Shown in pieces: positions 39,747-50,210 of a stretch of DNA of 64,000 nt; the stretch's first letter is position 1; every line of letters starts with the position of its first letter. The notes beneath the pieces were generated by a model. The model saw only the letters and a list, made by a program, of their open reading frames with translations. It ran no database searches and was not told the DNA's origin. The DNA is taken from NCBI GenBank assembly GCA_019058445.1, contig JAHPZA010000006.1, positions 736,001 through 800,000 on the forward strand, read 5' to 3'. Both the position numbers and the translations under genes were made by a program. The stretch is from Promethearchaeota archaeon. Its GTDB lineage: Archaea > Asgardarchaeota > Lokiarchaeia > Sigyniarchaeales > SOKP01.

Positions 39747-41453
39747 ATGAAAAAAAAAAAAGATGATGAAAAACCTCGTAGTATGACTTTAATGGTTTTT
39801 TTTTTATTTTTCGCATTTTGCATTAGTATTTTATATATTAATAGAGCCCAAAGTTATTACTATTATGAAAGAATTAGTTTTGAATCTGCGGGATCGACAT
39901 TATACGCAAATTTATATTATCCAAGTAAGAATATAGATTTCCAAGATAAGCATCCATTATTAATATATGCTCATGGGATTGGAAGTCAAAGAGATATTGA
40001 TTTAAGAGTTACTATTGAATTAACAAAGAGAGGTTTCTTCGTAGCCGCTTTAGATTATCACGGTCATGGAGAAAGTGAAGGAGAGCTGACGGATATAGAT
40101 TCCGATACAAATATTCCAGCTGTTGCCGAAGATTGTTCTAAATTATTGGATAAATTGGAAAAAATGAGAGTTTATAAGGAGAACATTGACAAAAAACAAA
40201 TCGGATTAATAGGCCATTCTTTAGGGGGAATGATTGTGTTACAAAATCAGGCGCTTGATGATCGATTTAAAGCTACAGTAGCATGGGCTCCATTAGTAAG
40301 TTTTGATCCTGAAGAGCTCGGGATCTCTAAAGGAGATAAATTTGAAGATTACATTCCTGAAAATTTACTAAATGAAAATAATTCCAAGAATTTATTAGTT
40401 ATCCATCATGTTGATGATGAGGTACTCGATTATGAAGATAATGCTGAACTTGTTCATGAATTAACGGGTTGTAAACTTATTAAAATAACAGAAAGTTTCG
40501 GCAGTCCACATCAACTGATTTCTGATAAAGTATTAATAGAATCGATTAATTGGTTTGAAGAGATTTTTTTTGATTCTGAAACAAAAAACGGACCCATTAC
40601 AATTTCATATGTCATTAACTATATTTTGCTTGTGATAAGCTTAATTGCATTGTTTTCAACAGTTTTTTATTTTATGGGGTATGTTTCACGTTATTTTGAT
40701 CTTAAACAGGATGCTGAACCGGAGATATCAGTAAAGAGTTCTAAAGAAAGTTCGAAAAATGAAAAAATTAAACAATGTGTCAAGATTGCATTCTACTTTT
40801 TCGTTTTTATAAGCATATGGTTTTTTTTCACGATGCAATATGGGCTTACTGGGCTTTTTTATGCTTCTCTTGTTATGCTTTCTCTTTATTTGTTTATAAA
40901 ATTAAGTGTATTTTTAGCTAAAGAAAAAAGAGAGAAAGAAAAAATAAATATACTTAATATAATAAAATCACAATATGATGAGGATGCTATAGTCTATACG
41001 ATTGTATGTACTGGAATTTTTTTAGGTTTATATTTAGCATTTTCGATCGTCTACCCATTTGTTTTCGTCTTTCCATCAAATATCCTAAGTATTGTATTGG
41101 CACTTTCAGTATATCCTTTATATTTATGCTTTGAGATATTTTACAGAAAGATTTTATATCCTAAATTATTCTTTATTCACTCTGAGAAATCAAAAACTAT
41201 GATAATAACAACATTAGCAATCATTAACCAGATTATCCTTATTAGTCTAAATCTTTCACTAGCATTTTTACCTGCTGTATTAGTTTTTTATGTGATATTC
41301 TTGCTTGTCATTATTAAAAACTCTATAATCTACGCAAAAACAAAAAATTTTTTGACACTTATCATATCCTCCTTTATCATAATTGAAATTTTCTTTAGCG
41401 CAGCGATCTCTCAAGCTTTAGGGATCTACTCAGTTCTCTATCTATTTCTTTAA
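39747..41453 (+). CDS. Membrane-bound alpha/beta hydrolase, copy 2 (full length)
   Basis: HGIG, DYHGHGES, GHSLGG, HVDDEV and SPH; C-terminal multi-TM domain. Confidence 0.85.
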   Translation: MKKKKDDEKPRSMTLMVFFLFFAFCISILYINRAQSYYYYERISFESAGSTLYANLYYPSKNIDFQDKHPLLIYAHGIGSQRDIDLRVTIELTKRGFFVAALDYHGHGESEGELTDIDSDTNIPAVAEDCSKLLDKLEKMRVYKENIDKKQIGLIGHSLGGMIVLQNQALDDRFKATVAWAPLVSFDPEELGISKGDKFEDYIPENLLNENNSKNLLVIHHVDDEVLDYEDNAELVHELTGCKLIKITESFGSPHQLISDKVLIESINWFEEIFFDSETKNGPITISYVINYILLVISLIALFSTVFYFMGYVSRYFDLKQDAEPEISVKSSKESSKNEKIKQCVKIAFYFFVFISIWFFFTMQYGLTGLFYASLVMLSLYLFIKLSVFLAKEKREKEKINILNIIKSQYDEDAIVYTIVCTGIFLGLYLAFSIVYPFVFVFPSNILSIVLALSVYPLYLCFEIFYRKILYPKLFFIHSEKSKTMIITTLAIINQIILISLNLSLAFLPAVLVFYVIFLLVIIKNSIIYAKTKNFLTLIISSFIIIEIFFSAAISQALGIYSVLYLFL

Positions 41454-41743
41454 GCTTTAATTATATGGATTATTTTTTGAAGTATAGCAAAAGAAGAATA
41501 TTTTAAATATACTCATGTACTAACAATTGAGATTAAAGGATTATAAGACATCTTTTAAGGTAGAAAATAATCGAACTTTTTTTTATTAGCTATTCTATCT
41601 AAATTTTTTTTCTGGTAAGCAGCGAATAAACCTTTAGGATCTAAATGAGACATCTAATTTTTATAAAGAATTCCTATATTTAATATACTAAACTTTCTAT
41701 AATTATTAAAAAATAATAAAAATTTAAAATTAATGCTTAAAAT

Positions 41744-41863
41744 TTAATCCAGCGTACCATCCTTAGGAGGTGGAGCTTCCTTCTCTTTCAATTTTTCTGC
41801 TACTTCCGACGCGATTGGCATTCCTACTAATAATAAAACGGTTCCTAATATCGAAAAACTAAA
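41744..41863 (-). pseudogene. Orphan 3' gene remnant (FSFSILGTVLLLVGMPIASEVAEKLKEKEAPPPKDGTLD*)
   Basis: GC-richer coding-like 39-codon frame (TM helix plus charged tail) with no start at its 5' end, in AT-rich intergenic DNA. Confidence 0.4.
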
Positions 41864-41880
41864 TTAAATTAAAAATTAAA

Positions 41881-42186
41881 TTATTGTTCCATATATTCTT
41901 TGTATAGTTCTTCAAGATATCTTTTAATTTTATGAAAATGATCTTCTCCAGCATCTGTTATTGAGTAATATTTTCGAATCTTCCCTTCAACATTTTTTTC
42001 TTCCATGGCCAGATATCCTGAATTCGTCAATCTTGCTAACCATGGATATAAAGTACCATCAGAAATTTTATAGTCATGCCTAGCTAATTCTTCCTTTAAC
42101 CAAACTCCATAAAATGGCTCTTTTCTTGCATAGTATATGATGTGAGCAATTATAGCTCCTTTTTTAAAACGGGATAATGGGTTCAT
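41881..42186 (-). CDS. PadR family transcriptional regulator
   Basis: YG..L..EL, ISDGTLYP.L..L and RKYYSIT.AG motifs. Confidence 0.92.
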   Translation of the reverse strand: MNPLSRFKKGAIIAHIIYYARKEPFYGVWLKEELARHDYKISDGTLYPWLARLTNSGYLAMEEKNVEGKIRKYYSITDAGEDHFHKIKRYLEELYKEYMEQ

Positions 42187-42215
42187 ATTAACTAATTTTA
42201 AAAAATATTAATTTG

Positions 42216-42232
42216 ATATCGAAATTCAATAA
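42216..42232. promoter_or_regulatory. Degenerate PadR-type operator ATATCGA-AAT-TCAATAA
   Basis: Two mismatches from the perfect site at 42382; 30 bp upstream of the padR start. Confidence 0.4.
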
Positions 42233-42381
42233 TATGAATTTAGAGATTTTTATTTATTTTATACTAAATTTTAAATCCTTATATAAAATAATAAGAACTA
42301 CTTAAAAATATTACTTATTTGTATTAATCAATAATTCATAATCTTTATATACATAGCTAAAACTAATATTATTTAAGATCG

Positions 42382-42398
42382 ATATCGATTATCGATAT
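42382..42398. promoter_or_regulatory. Inverted repeat ATATCGA-TTA-TCGATAT, candidate PadR operator
   Basis: Perfect 7-bp arms 50 bp upstream of the MFS gene, between divergent padR and MFS. Confidence 0.6.
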
Positions 42399-42448
42399 TA
42401 TAAAAAAAAGAAGAAAGAAAATAAATCATACTTCTGAGTTGTTTAATT

Positions 42449-43684
42449 ATGGAGAAAGAAGAAAATAAAACTCAACCCAATCAACGGCTTATCTTCGGAG
42501 TATCTATTCCCGTTTTTATTATGGGATTAGTTTCACTTTTTACCGACATTTCGAGCGAAATGATTCAAAGTATTTTACCTCTCTTTATTCTATCCATCGG
42601 TGGCACAATTTTAATTTTGGGTATTATTTCTGGGGTGACTACAGCATTATCTAACATTTTAAAAGGAGTTACGGGATGGATGAGCGATAAAATAAATAAA
42701 AGAAAACCATTTGTAGTTGCAGGTTATACTATATCAAATCTATCGAAACCATTTATTGGCTTCAGTCCTTCTTGGGAATTTGTATTAGGCCTAAAAGCGA
42801 CAGATCGTATTGGTAAGGGATTAAGAACCTCCTCAAGAGATACGCTTATTTCCTACTATGCTGTAGAGAGAGGTAAGGCTTTCGGTTTACATAGATCCAT
42901 GGATACTTTAGGGGCGGTTATCGGATCTCTGTTAGCATTTCTACTATTATACTTTGCTTGGACATATTCCCAGATAATTTTCTTATCATTAATCCCTGGT
43001 ATTTGTGCAATCATTTTGATTTTAACTGTAAAAGATGTAGATCCTACAAAACTAGATGATACAAAGCTAAGATTCTATGGACATCCTAAAGTAGATAAAA
43101 TCGATAAAAATTTTGTGAAACTGATTATCATCCTTGGAGTTATTGAATTTGCAAGTTTAGATATCGCTTTTCTTATTATTCGCTCAACGGACTATATACC
43201 AGCAGAATCAATATTCCTAATCCCACTATTTTATCTCCTTACAAATATCGTTTATGTTATATTCTCCCCAATAAACGGTTCAATATCTGATAAAATAGGG
43301 AGAAAACCTGTAATTGTTTTAGGTTTATCACTTTTACTGATTTCTTGTATTATATTAGCTTTTCCGATTGAAATTTCTCTTAATTCATTGATTTTGATAA
43401 TTTTAGTTTATTTTCTGTTCGGTTTCTATTTAGCGGCAGTGGATCCGATCTCGAGGGCTTACATAGCTGATTTAGCAGGTAAAAATAAAAGAGGTAGAGC
43501 TTACGGATATTATTATTTATCAGTTGGCCTTATTTCACTTGCTGAGTCTATAATTTTTGCCTTAATCTATGAAATCTATTCATATACGTGGGCATTTATT
43601 TATATTTCAATTATGTTATTCATATGTATAATTGTATTTGTTATGACTGATTTCTCTAAAATAATCGAGAAAAAGGATATTTAA
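42449..43684 (+). CDS. MFS transporter
   Basis: SLFTDISSEM, GWMSDKINKRK, DRIGKGLR and GSISDKIGRK; about 12 TM. Confidence 0.92.
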   Translation: MEKEENKTQPNQRLIFGVSIPVFIMGLVSLFTDISSEMIQSILPLFILSIGGTILILGIISGVTTALSNILKGVTGWMSDKINKRKPFVVAGYTISNLSKPFIGFSPSWEFVLGLKATDRIGKGLRTSSRDTLISYYAVERGKAFGLHRSMDTLGAVIGSLLAFLLLYFAWTYSQIIFLSLIPGICAIILILTVKDVDPTKLDDTKLRFYGHPKVDKIDKNFVKLIIILGVIEFASLDIAFLIIRSTDYIPAESIFLIPLFYLLTNIVYVIFSPINGSISDKIGRKPVIVLGLSLLLISCIILAFPIEISLNSLILIILVYFLFGFYLAAVDPISRAYIADLAGKNKRGRAYGYYYLSVGLISLAESIIFALIYEIYSYTWAFIYISIMLFICIIVFVMTDFSKIIEKKDI

Positions 43685-43742
43685 CTTTTCTTTCTAATCT
43701 AAATTGTTCTCATTTCAATTTCTTTTTAAAACAGTATGAATT

Positions 43743-45464
43743 TTAAAATTGATTACTTAAGCTAACATTTCTATAATTTTTATTTGAACTATAAGCCCAT
43801 AATGCAGTTTCTATGCTTTTACTGTGAATCCATGTTTTAAGAAATTTTAAATATAGGGTTCTTCTAGAATAAAGCTTTTTTGAACAATTATTTAGAGTTT
43901 TGAGAAATTCTTCATTTTCTAATTTCTTAATTGAATAAGTTAACGATCCCATATCATATAGATCCCAATCTTGAGGAAAATTAGCATATATTAATCTATT
44001 GTTTTTTTGATAGTCATTGAACAATCTCGTACCCGGTAAAGGGGTTAATATCGTAGTTTGAATGATATCAATCCGGTTCTTTAAAATATAATTAACCTTT
44101 CTGAACATACTTTCCATAGTTTCTGAATCCGAACCAAAAATAAATGCTCCTAAAACAGCGATTTTATATTTATTAATTTTCTTAAAAGCCTGTTCGTATT
44201 CAAGTTGAAGATTTAATTTTTTATCCATCACCTTTAGCTCTTCAGGATCGGCCGATTCTAATCCTAAAAATACCATCTTGCATCCCGCTTTTCCTGCCCA
44301 TTTCAATACTTCTTCATTGCTGCCAAAATTAAGTGAAGCTTGACAGAACCAGGTCTTATTTAACTTTCTCTCAACCATTCCCTTAAAAAGATTGATTGCT
44401 CTTTCTTCTGCATTTTTACCATACCCAAGGATGTTATCATCAACAAAAAAGATATATCTTTGAGGAATTTGCTCTAATTCATCTAAAACCTCTTCATATG
44501 ACCGTTGTCTATATTTCCTGCCATTAAAAGCACTCACGGAACAAAAATAACAATCCATAGGACAACCTCTTGAAGTTTGGATTGTTCCAAATAAATATTG
44601 ATTACTAAATATCTCCCGATTTGGAACAATAGAGCTTTTGAGGTCTAGATGAACACCTTCATATTTGTTCTTCAAATCATTGTTTAAAAAATCCTTAATA
44701 ACCATGGGCCAAATACTTTCTGCCTCTCCAATTACAACACAATCTACATGTTTTAAAGCCTCATCAGGCCTCATTGATGCATGTATTCCTCCCATAATAA
44801 CTGGAATATTATTATTTCTATAATAAGAAGCAATTTCATATGCTCTGTTTGCCACTGAAGTAAAAGCTGTAATTCCTACCAAATCAGCATCTTCATACTC
44901 AAATTTTTCCATATTTTCATCGATTAATTTAATTTGAAATTCTTGGGGAGTTAATGCTGCTATTATGCCTAAACCTAAAGGTGGAAACCTTGAAGAAGGA
45001 TTAATTGTTAATCCCGATTTATCTTCATTTACAGGATTAATTAATACTAACTTTTTTTTACCTTTTAACAGTTCAAATTTCTTAGATAATAGCTCAATTT
45101 CGAATTCTTTTTTCAAATCTCGAATTAAAATGATTATAGCTAAAAAATAAATTACTAGGCTAACCATGTAAATGAATAAAAATTGAAATAAGGCAATAAA
45201 GCTACCCAAAAGAAAAACTAAACTCATTATAATTGTAGGTATAGAAAAAAATAAAATCGGGATAATATATGGTGTTTTATTATTAATTTTTAAAACTACA
45301 TCTTTATTGTTTATAGTTTCTTTAATCCCAAAAAAATATGGCATCGGATAGAAAAATAGAAAAGAGGGAATAATGATCCAAATGGAATCCAGCATATAGA
45401 ACAAAGTAATTACTATTGTAAAAGCAAGAAAGATGAATAATGGGATAAAATATTTCATTCTCAT
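43743..45464 (-). CDS. B12-binding radical SAM protein with N-terminal membrane domain
   Basis: About 4 N-terminal TM; PPLGL, MGGIHAS, GEAE, TSRGCPMDCYFC, FVDDN, GLES and TPLPGT motifs. Confidence 0.88.
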   Translation of the reverse strand: MRMKYFIPLFIFLAFTIVITLFYMLDSIWIIIPSFLFFYPMPYFFGIKETINNKDVVLKINNKTPYIIPILFFSIPTIIMSLVFLLGSFIALFQFLFIYMVSLVIYFLAIIILIRDLKKEFEIELLSKKFELLKGKKKLVLINPVNEDKSGLTINPSSRFPPLGLGIIAALTPQEFQIKLIDENMEKFEYEDADLVGITAFTSVANRAYEIASYYRNNNIPVIMGGIHASMRPDEALKHVDCVVIGEAESIWPMVIKDFLNNDLKNKYEGVHLDLKSSIVPNREIFSNQYLFGTIQTSRGCPMDCYFCSVSAFNGRKYRQRSYEEVLDELEQIPQRYIFFVDDNILGYGKNAEERAINLFKGMVERKLNKTWFCQASLNFGSNEEVLKWAGKAGCKMVFLGLESADPEELKVMDKKLNLQLEYEQAFKKINKYKIAVLGAFIFGSDSETMESMFRKVNYILKNRIDIIQTTILTPLPGTRLFNDYQKNNRLIYANFPQDWDLYDMGSLTYSIKKLENEEFLKTLNNCSKKLYSRRTLYLKFLKTWIHSKSIETALWAYSSNKNYRNVSLSNQF

Positions 45465-45581
45465 TTTTTAAAACCTCTCATATAGTTAAAAGATATTTCG
45501 GAAGAATATATGAATATTTAATAGTCCATAATTTAATGAATGATTTATAGGGATATAAAGGTAAAATATATTATGTCAATT

Positions 45582-46841
45582 TTATTCATTTGTCCATTGT
45601 TCTGCCAAATAAATTATGACTTCTGCGGCCTTCTGTAAGGCTAATGTCGGAATATATTCTTTTCTTGAGTGAAATAGCAAGCCTCCAGCAAATATATTTG
45701 GTGTTGGTATTCCCTTCTCACTTAATTTAGTCCCATCTGTGCCCCCTCGTATTGAATGAATTTTGACTTCTAAACCTGCTAAATCAATAGCTTTTTTAGC
45801 TAATTTAATAGCCTTTTCCTCCTTTTCCAGAAAGGTTAACATGTTATGATATTGATGTAGAAAATTTAATTCGATTTTTAATCCAGGATAGCGAAGTTCG
45901 TATAGAGTTTTTAAAGTTTCCAAATATTTCATGCGGTTTTGATTATTTTTCAAATCAAAATCTCTAAGTATTAAAGTTGCAGTGGCCTTCTCCTCATTGC
46001 CCTCTAAATTCATCAAATGATAAAATCCTACCCTTTCTTCTGTATGTTCTGGTGATTCTGCTTCAGGTAATTCACTTAAAAATCGACTGGCTATATGGAT
46101 TGCATTTATCATCAAGTTTTTAGCATATCCCGGATGAACATTAAGCCCTTTAAATTTAATGGAAGCCCCCCACGCATCAAAACATTCAATTTCTAATTGC
46201 CCCATTTCAGAACCATCCAAAGTATAGCAATTCTTAGGCAAAAGATTCTTTTTAATTTTTCTTGTACCCCGCCCAATTTCCTCATCAGGCGTGAAGCAAA
46301 TTGTTATCGGCCCATGATTTAATTCGGGAAATTTTTTCCATGCAGCACTGGCAGCCATAATTTCGGCAATTCCAGCTTTATTATCTGCACCTAATAAAGT
46401 ATCTCCTTGGGATGTTATTATATCTAAACCAATATATTCACTTAATTGTGGTGAATCTGCAATATTTAAGCTAAGTTCTTCATTTTGGGAGAAAAGTATT
46501 TCACTCCCATCATAATTTTCATGAATGACAGGTTTCACATCTTTTCCACTTACCGCTTGAGAGGTATCTAAATGAGCAATTAATCCAATTGGTTTGACCT
46601 TTTCAAAACCCTCGCTTGGAGGTAAATTCGCATAAACATAACCAAATTTATCATGTAAAATATCTTCTAACTCTAAATCTTTTAATTCCTTGCTCAATAA
46701 TTTTCCTAATTCCAATTGATTTTCTGTGGATGGAAATGAAGCAGATTTTATATCGGAAGTTGTCCAAATTTTTACATATCTTAAAAAACGTTCCATCGCA
46801 TCTTGTAATAAAAATTTTTGAATTTCTTTAGATATCTTCAT
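45582..46841 (-). CDS. pepT: Peptidase T (M20B tripeptide aminopeptidase)
   Basis: AHLDT, LLGADNKAG, FTPDEEIG, HPGYAK and IRGGTDG motifs. Confidence 0.93.
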   Translation of the reverse strand: MKISKEIQKFLLQDAMERFLRYVKIWTTSDIKSASFPSTENQLELGKLLSKELKDLELEDILHDKFGYVYANLPPSEGFEKVKPIGLIAHLDTSQAVSGKDVKPVIHENYDGSEILFSQNEELSLNIADSPQLSEYIGLDIITSQGDTLLGADNKAGIAEIMAASAAWKKFPELNHGPITICFTPDEEIGRGTRKIKKNLLPKNCYTLDGSEMGQLEIECFDAWGASIKFKGLNVHPGYAKNLMINAIHIASRFLSELPEAESPEHTEERVGFYHLMNLEGNEEKATATLILRDFDLKNNQNRMKYLETLKTLYELRYPGLKIELNFLHQYHNMLTFLEKEEKAIKLAKKAIDLAGLEVKIHSIRGGTDGTKLSEKGIPTPNIFAGGLLFHSRKEYIPTLALQKAAEVIIYLAEQWTNE

Positions 46842-47010
46842 TTTTAACTCTTAATTATTATGTATTTTAAACTAAAAACAACTATATTTAAGAATAACTT
46901 ATGAAAAAAGTATAAAATTTTTTGGGTATTTTCAATAATTAAGAACAAATTAGCTATTATTTATATATTCCAATTTAAATATTACATGTATAGAATTTCT
47001 CTTTAAAAAA

Positions 47011-47757
47011 TTGTTGATTTTAATTATGGTAGAATTAACACCTATAGAAATACTAAATGGCTCAATGTCTATCGTTATGGTCACTATCATTATAATCGTA
47101 GGTATAGCTTTGATCTCGAAATATTTTAAATACAAAAGTAGACCTCTTCTATTTATGGGCATTAGTCTGATATTACTCATATCAGTATGGTTTACGCATG
47201 GATTAGCACTTATTTTAATACTTACAACTGGAAATGGACTATCTCCAGAAATATTTTTCATATGTGAGTATACTCTGATTCCGTGGGCTACATTGGCTTG
47301 GATGGTTGTAATTACTGAACTTATGTACAAGGATAAGCAGAAATTGATTTTATCAATATATGCCATCTTTGGAGTTGTATATACCGTGATTTTTTATTAT
47401 CTCTTGTTTACGAATATTGCATTAATAGGGGAACTAGAAAGTCCAATTGATCCGCATAATGGACCTTTTATGACGGGTTATCTTCTCATTATATTAATTA
47501 ATGTATTTATAACCGGACTTTTATTTTTCCGCGATAGTCGTAAAAGTCAAGATTCGGAAATCCGATTAAAAGGACTTTTATTCTTCTTATCAAGTACATC
47601 ATTAGTGATAGCCTCGATTTTAGATACTTTCCCTTTGAACATCATACTTATAATCGTAGTAAGAGGACTTCTTGTTTTAGCTTCTATAGAAGTATATGGT
47701 GCCTTTTTACTTCCTAATTGGATGAAAAAACTCTTTTTGAAGCAAGAATCTTCTTGA
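47011..47757 (+). CDS. 7-TM membrane protein, hypothetical
   Basis: Seven hydrophobic helices; probable ATG start at 47026. Confidence 0.7.
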   Translation: MLILIMVELTPIEILNGSMSIVMVTIIIIVGIALISKYFKYKSRPLLFMGISLILLISVWFTHGLALILILTTGNGLSPEIFFICEYTLIPWATLAWMVVITELMYKDKQKLILSIYAIFGVVYTVIFYYLLFTNIALIGELESPIDPHNGPFMTGYLLIILINVFITGLLFFRDSRKSQDSEIRLKGLLFFLSSTSLVIASILDTFPLNIILIIVVRGLLVLASIEVYGAFLLPNWMKKLFLKQESS

Positions 47758-47805
47758 TTTTCAGGAGTTTTTCTTTTTTTTTTTAATTCCTATTATTTAA
47801 AATAA

Positions 47806-48654
47806 TTAATATCCAAGAAAATTGGATGTTTTAGAACTCATAGCAAGCTTTATATTAAAATAATTATGAATAACCTCAAATAAGAAATCTATATATTGTG
47901 GTTGAATTTTTATATCTTTAGTCTCATTAAAATAATCTATAATCTTCTTAGTTGTCAGCTCTTCATTCTTTTCTAAGTTTTCATTAAATAAAATAATTTC
48001 TTGGGTTAATGTAAATACTTTTTGAATTTCATTTCTTAATAAAATTAAACTAGATTTTGTATCTTGTTCAGCTAAAAACATTTGTACAATTGTCCTTTCT
48101 ATGTTTATCTTTTTAGGTTTCATGATATCATTCTTATCGTTAATAACTGCATTATCATCAATTATGACGCAATTTTTATACTTTTTCTTATCTTTTTTGT
48201 AGTTTTCTCTTGTTTCCAAAGCTATATTGAGTTCAAACGAGTTTTGAAAGATAAATTTGAAAAAATTACTTAAATGGCTATGTAGAGATTCCATGTTATT
48301 TAGAATCAAGATATCTTTTTTATAAAAAACACCACGGAGAATAAATGTTAGCCAGAGAGCATTAATATTGAGAGTGATCAAATACACATCAATAAGATCA
48401 AGACTGGGAATTTCTGCTTCTACTAAATTATGTTCTAACTCAATTTTAGGAGTTTCAATTTTAAAATCGGTAATAAAACTATCTCTTACTTTCAAATTTT
48501 TATCTATGTAAGCTACAAAAGAATGTGGGCAAATTAAATTTTCAGAGACATTGATTGCTGAAATGCCTCTATCACTCTTAAGGATGAGATTCTCTTCTAC
48601 CTCAATTGTTCCTTTTTTAGTACAAAGAGGACACAAAATTTCAATTTCTACCAT
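47806..48654 (-). CDS. Hypothetical protein with N-terminal Zn-ribbon (CxxC...CxH)
   Basis: CPLC...ICPHSFVAYIDKN. Confidence 0.7.
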   Translation of the reverse strand: MVEIEILCPLCTKKGTIEVEENLILKSDRGISAINVSENLICPHSFVAYIDKNLKVRDSFITDFKIETPKIELEHNLVEAEIPSLDLIDVYLITLNINALWLTFILRGVFYKKDILILNNMESLHSHLSNFFKFIFQNSFELNIALETRENYKKDKKKYKNCVIIDDNAVINDKNDIMKPKKINIERTIVQMFLAEQDTKSSLILLRNEIQKVFTLTQEIILFNENLEKNEELTTKKIIDYFNETKDIKIQPQYIDFLFEVIHNYFNIKLAMSSKTSNFLGY

Positions 48655-48817
48655 GATCTTTTCAAAATTTATGATATTTCTATATTATTTATATCCTTTA
48701 ACCCCGATATAAATGTATTGTGTTTATTTAACTTACTTTTGTGTACTAAAACATATTTTTTTTATTTAGATTTTACTGTTTTATAGGATAAAAGTGAAAA
48801 AATTAGCAAATTTTTAT

Positions 48818-50110
48818 TTATTTAATTTCCTTTAAATCTATACCCTTAGTTTCTACTAAGAATTTATAAATTAGTGGTATATTTACTAATAGAAGCAACG
48901 AAAATATTAGAAAAGCTACTTCTAATGAATAAAAATATGTAATTATACCTGTTATTATTAATCCCGTGGTACCTCCTATTGCGCCAATAACAATTTTAAA
49001 TCCTGTTCCTGTTCCTCTTGCATCAGTAGGGACTAATTCTATGGTAGTTATACTAGTCAGTACCCAGAGCCCCCAGAATGCAATATTCATCATGCTTGTC
49101 CCTATACAAGCCAAAAGTAATGCCGATCCAGGAATTTGGATCCCATTTATTAAGATCATAGCACCTATGAAAAATATTGAACAATAAATATATAATAGTG
49201 GTTTTCTTCCAATTTTATCTGCAAATATGCCAGTAAGAATATATCCAAGAATAACTGCTAAGCTCATTACGGTCACAACTATATTGACGTCGCCTTCATT
49301 CAAATTTGGGCTCTGTGATATAAAGAGTTCTCCTAATGTGATATAAATATAATTCATTGACCAAATAAATGCTAATATCATTAATGAGATATATGCCATT
49401 CGACGTTCAGATTTAAAAATAATATGAAGATTTTTTTTCAGTTGATTAGCCCTTTCTTTTGTGGAAGGTCTATTTGCTTTGGCTTCTTGAAATGTTGACG
49501 TTTCTTTAATTGTTAAAATCACTATTATCCCTAAGGGAATTCCTAATGCAATTGAAAAATATGTCATACCTCGCCAGGCACCCTTAGGGGCACCCTCATA
49601 TATATAAATCGAACGAAATACGGGCATTAATACAGCACCGATTATACCGCCAATTAAGACAATATTTGTCCAAAAAGCTTTTTTCTCAGGAGGTGATTCT
49701 TCGTTAATATATATCAACCAAATATCCGAAGCGGCAAAAATCCCAAGTAAAAATCGATAAATAGTATATTCGACAATATTCCTCGAAAACAGAATTCCTA
49801 CTGAAGAAAGAGCCAAACCAAAAATAGTCATAACTAATAAATGCTTTCTTCCAATTTTATCTGATGAATACCAAACAAGAAAAGCTACATAAGACCCTAA
49901 AGAAGCAATTGCCACTGAAAACGCAAAAATGGAGTTTGCAACATTTTGAGGATAGTCTGACAAGAATTCTTCAACGACTTTAGAAGGAATCACCGCATTA
50001 TAAAAGCCTGTATAAGTATCGAGAATTTGGACAAGAATCATAATGAATATCATATATTTGAAATAGCCTTCAGATCTTACAGTTGAGTTTTCATTATTTA
50101 AATCAGCCAT
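48818..50110 (-). CDS. MFS transporter (sugar porter-like)
   Basis: SDKIGRK, YINEESP, KET, ADKIGRK, ELVPTDARG and VETKG motifs. Confidence 0.9.
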   Translation of the reverse strand: MADLNNENSTVRSEGYFKYMIFIMILVQILDTYTGFYNAVIPSKVVEEFLSDYPQNVANSIFAFSVAIASLGSYVAFLVWYSSDKIGRKHLLVMTIFGLALSSVGILFSRNIVEYTIYRFLLGIFAASDIWLIYINEESPPEKKAFWTNIVLIGGIIGAVLMPVFRSIYIYEGAPKGAWRGMTYFSIALGIPLGIIVILTIKETSTFQEAKANRPSTKERANQLKKNLHIIFKSERRMAYISLMILAFIWSMNYIYITLGELFISQSPNLNEGDVNIVVTVMSLAVILGYILTGIFADKIGRKPLLYIYCSIFFIGAMILINGIQIPGSALLLACIGTSMMNIAFWGLWVLTSITTIELVPTDARGTGTGFKIVIGAIGGTTGLIITGIITYFYSLEVAFLIFSLLLLVNIPLIYKFLVETKGIDLKEIK

Positions 50111-50210
50111 GATTACAACTTTGTCATAAAGCTATATATATCTTCAAGAAATTAGAGTAAAAATCGAGTATGTAAAAATGATATTGAATAATTAAGAGAG
50201 TTTAGATCGC

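Noticed and set aside
39750-39761. A12 tract after the start codon (also A11 at about 17699) as a phase-variation switch
   Set aside because: Both are in frame and encode Lys runs; homopolymers are common in this AT-rich DNA; there is no evidence of variation without reads.
46950-47366. 138-aa antisense ORF and other short opposite-strand or nested ORFs (e.g. 8041-8457, 51061-51423, 18170-18454, 54609-54800)
   Set aside because: They are shadows of well-supported genes or AT-rich spacer frames, with no recognisable motifs.
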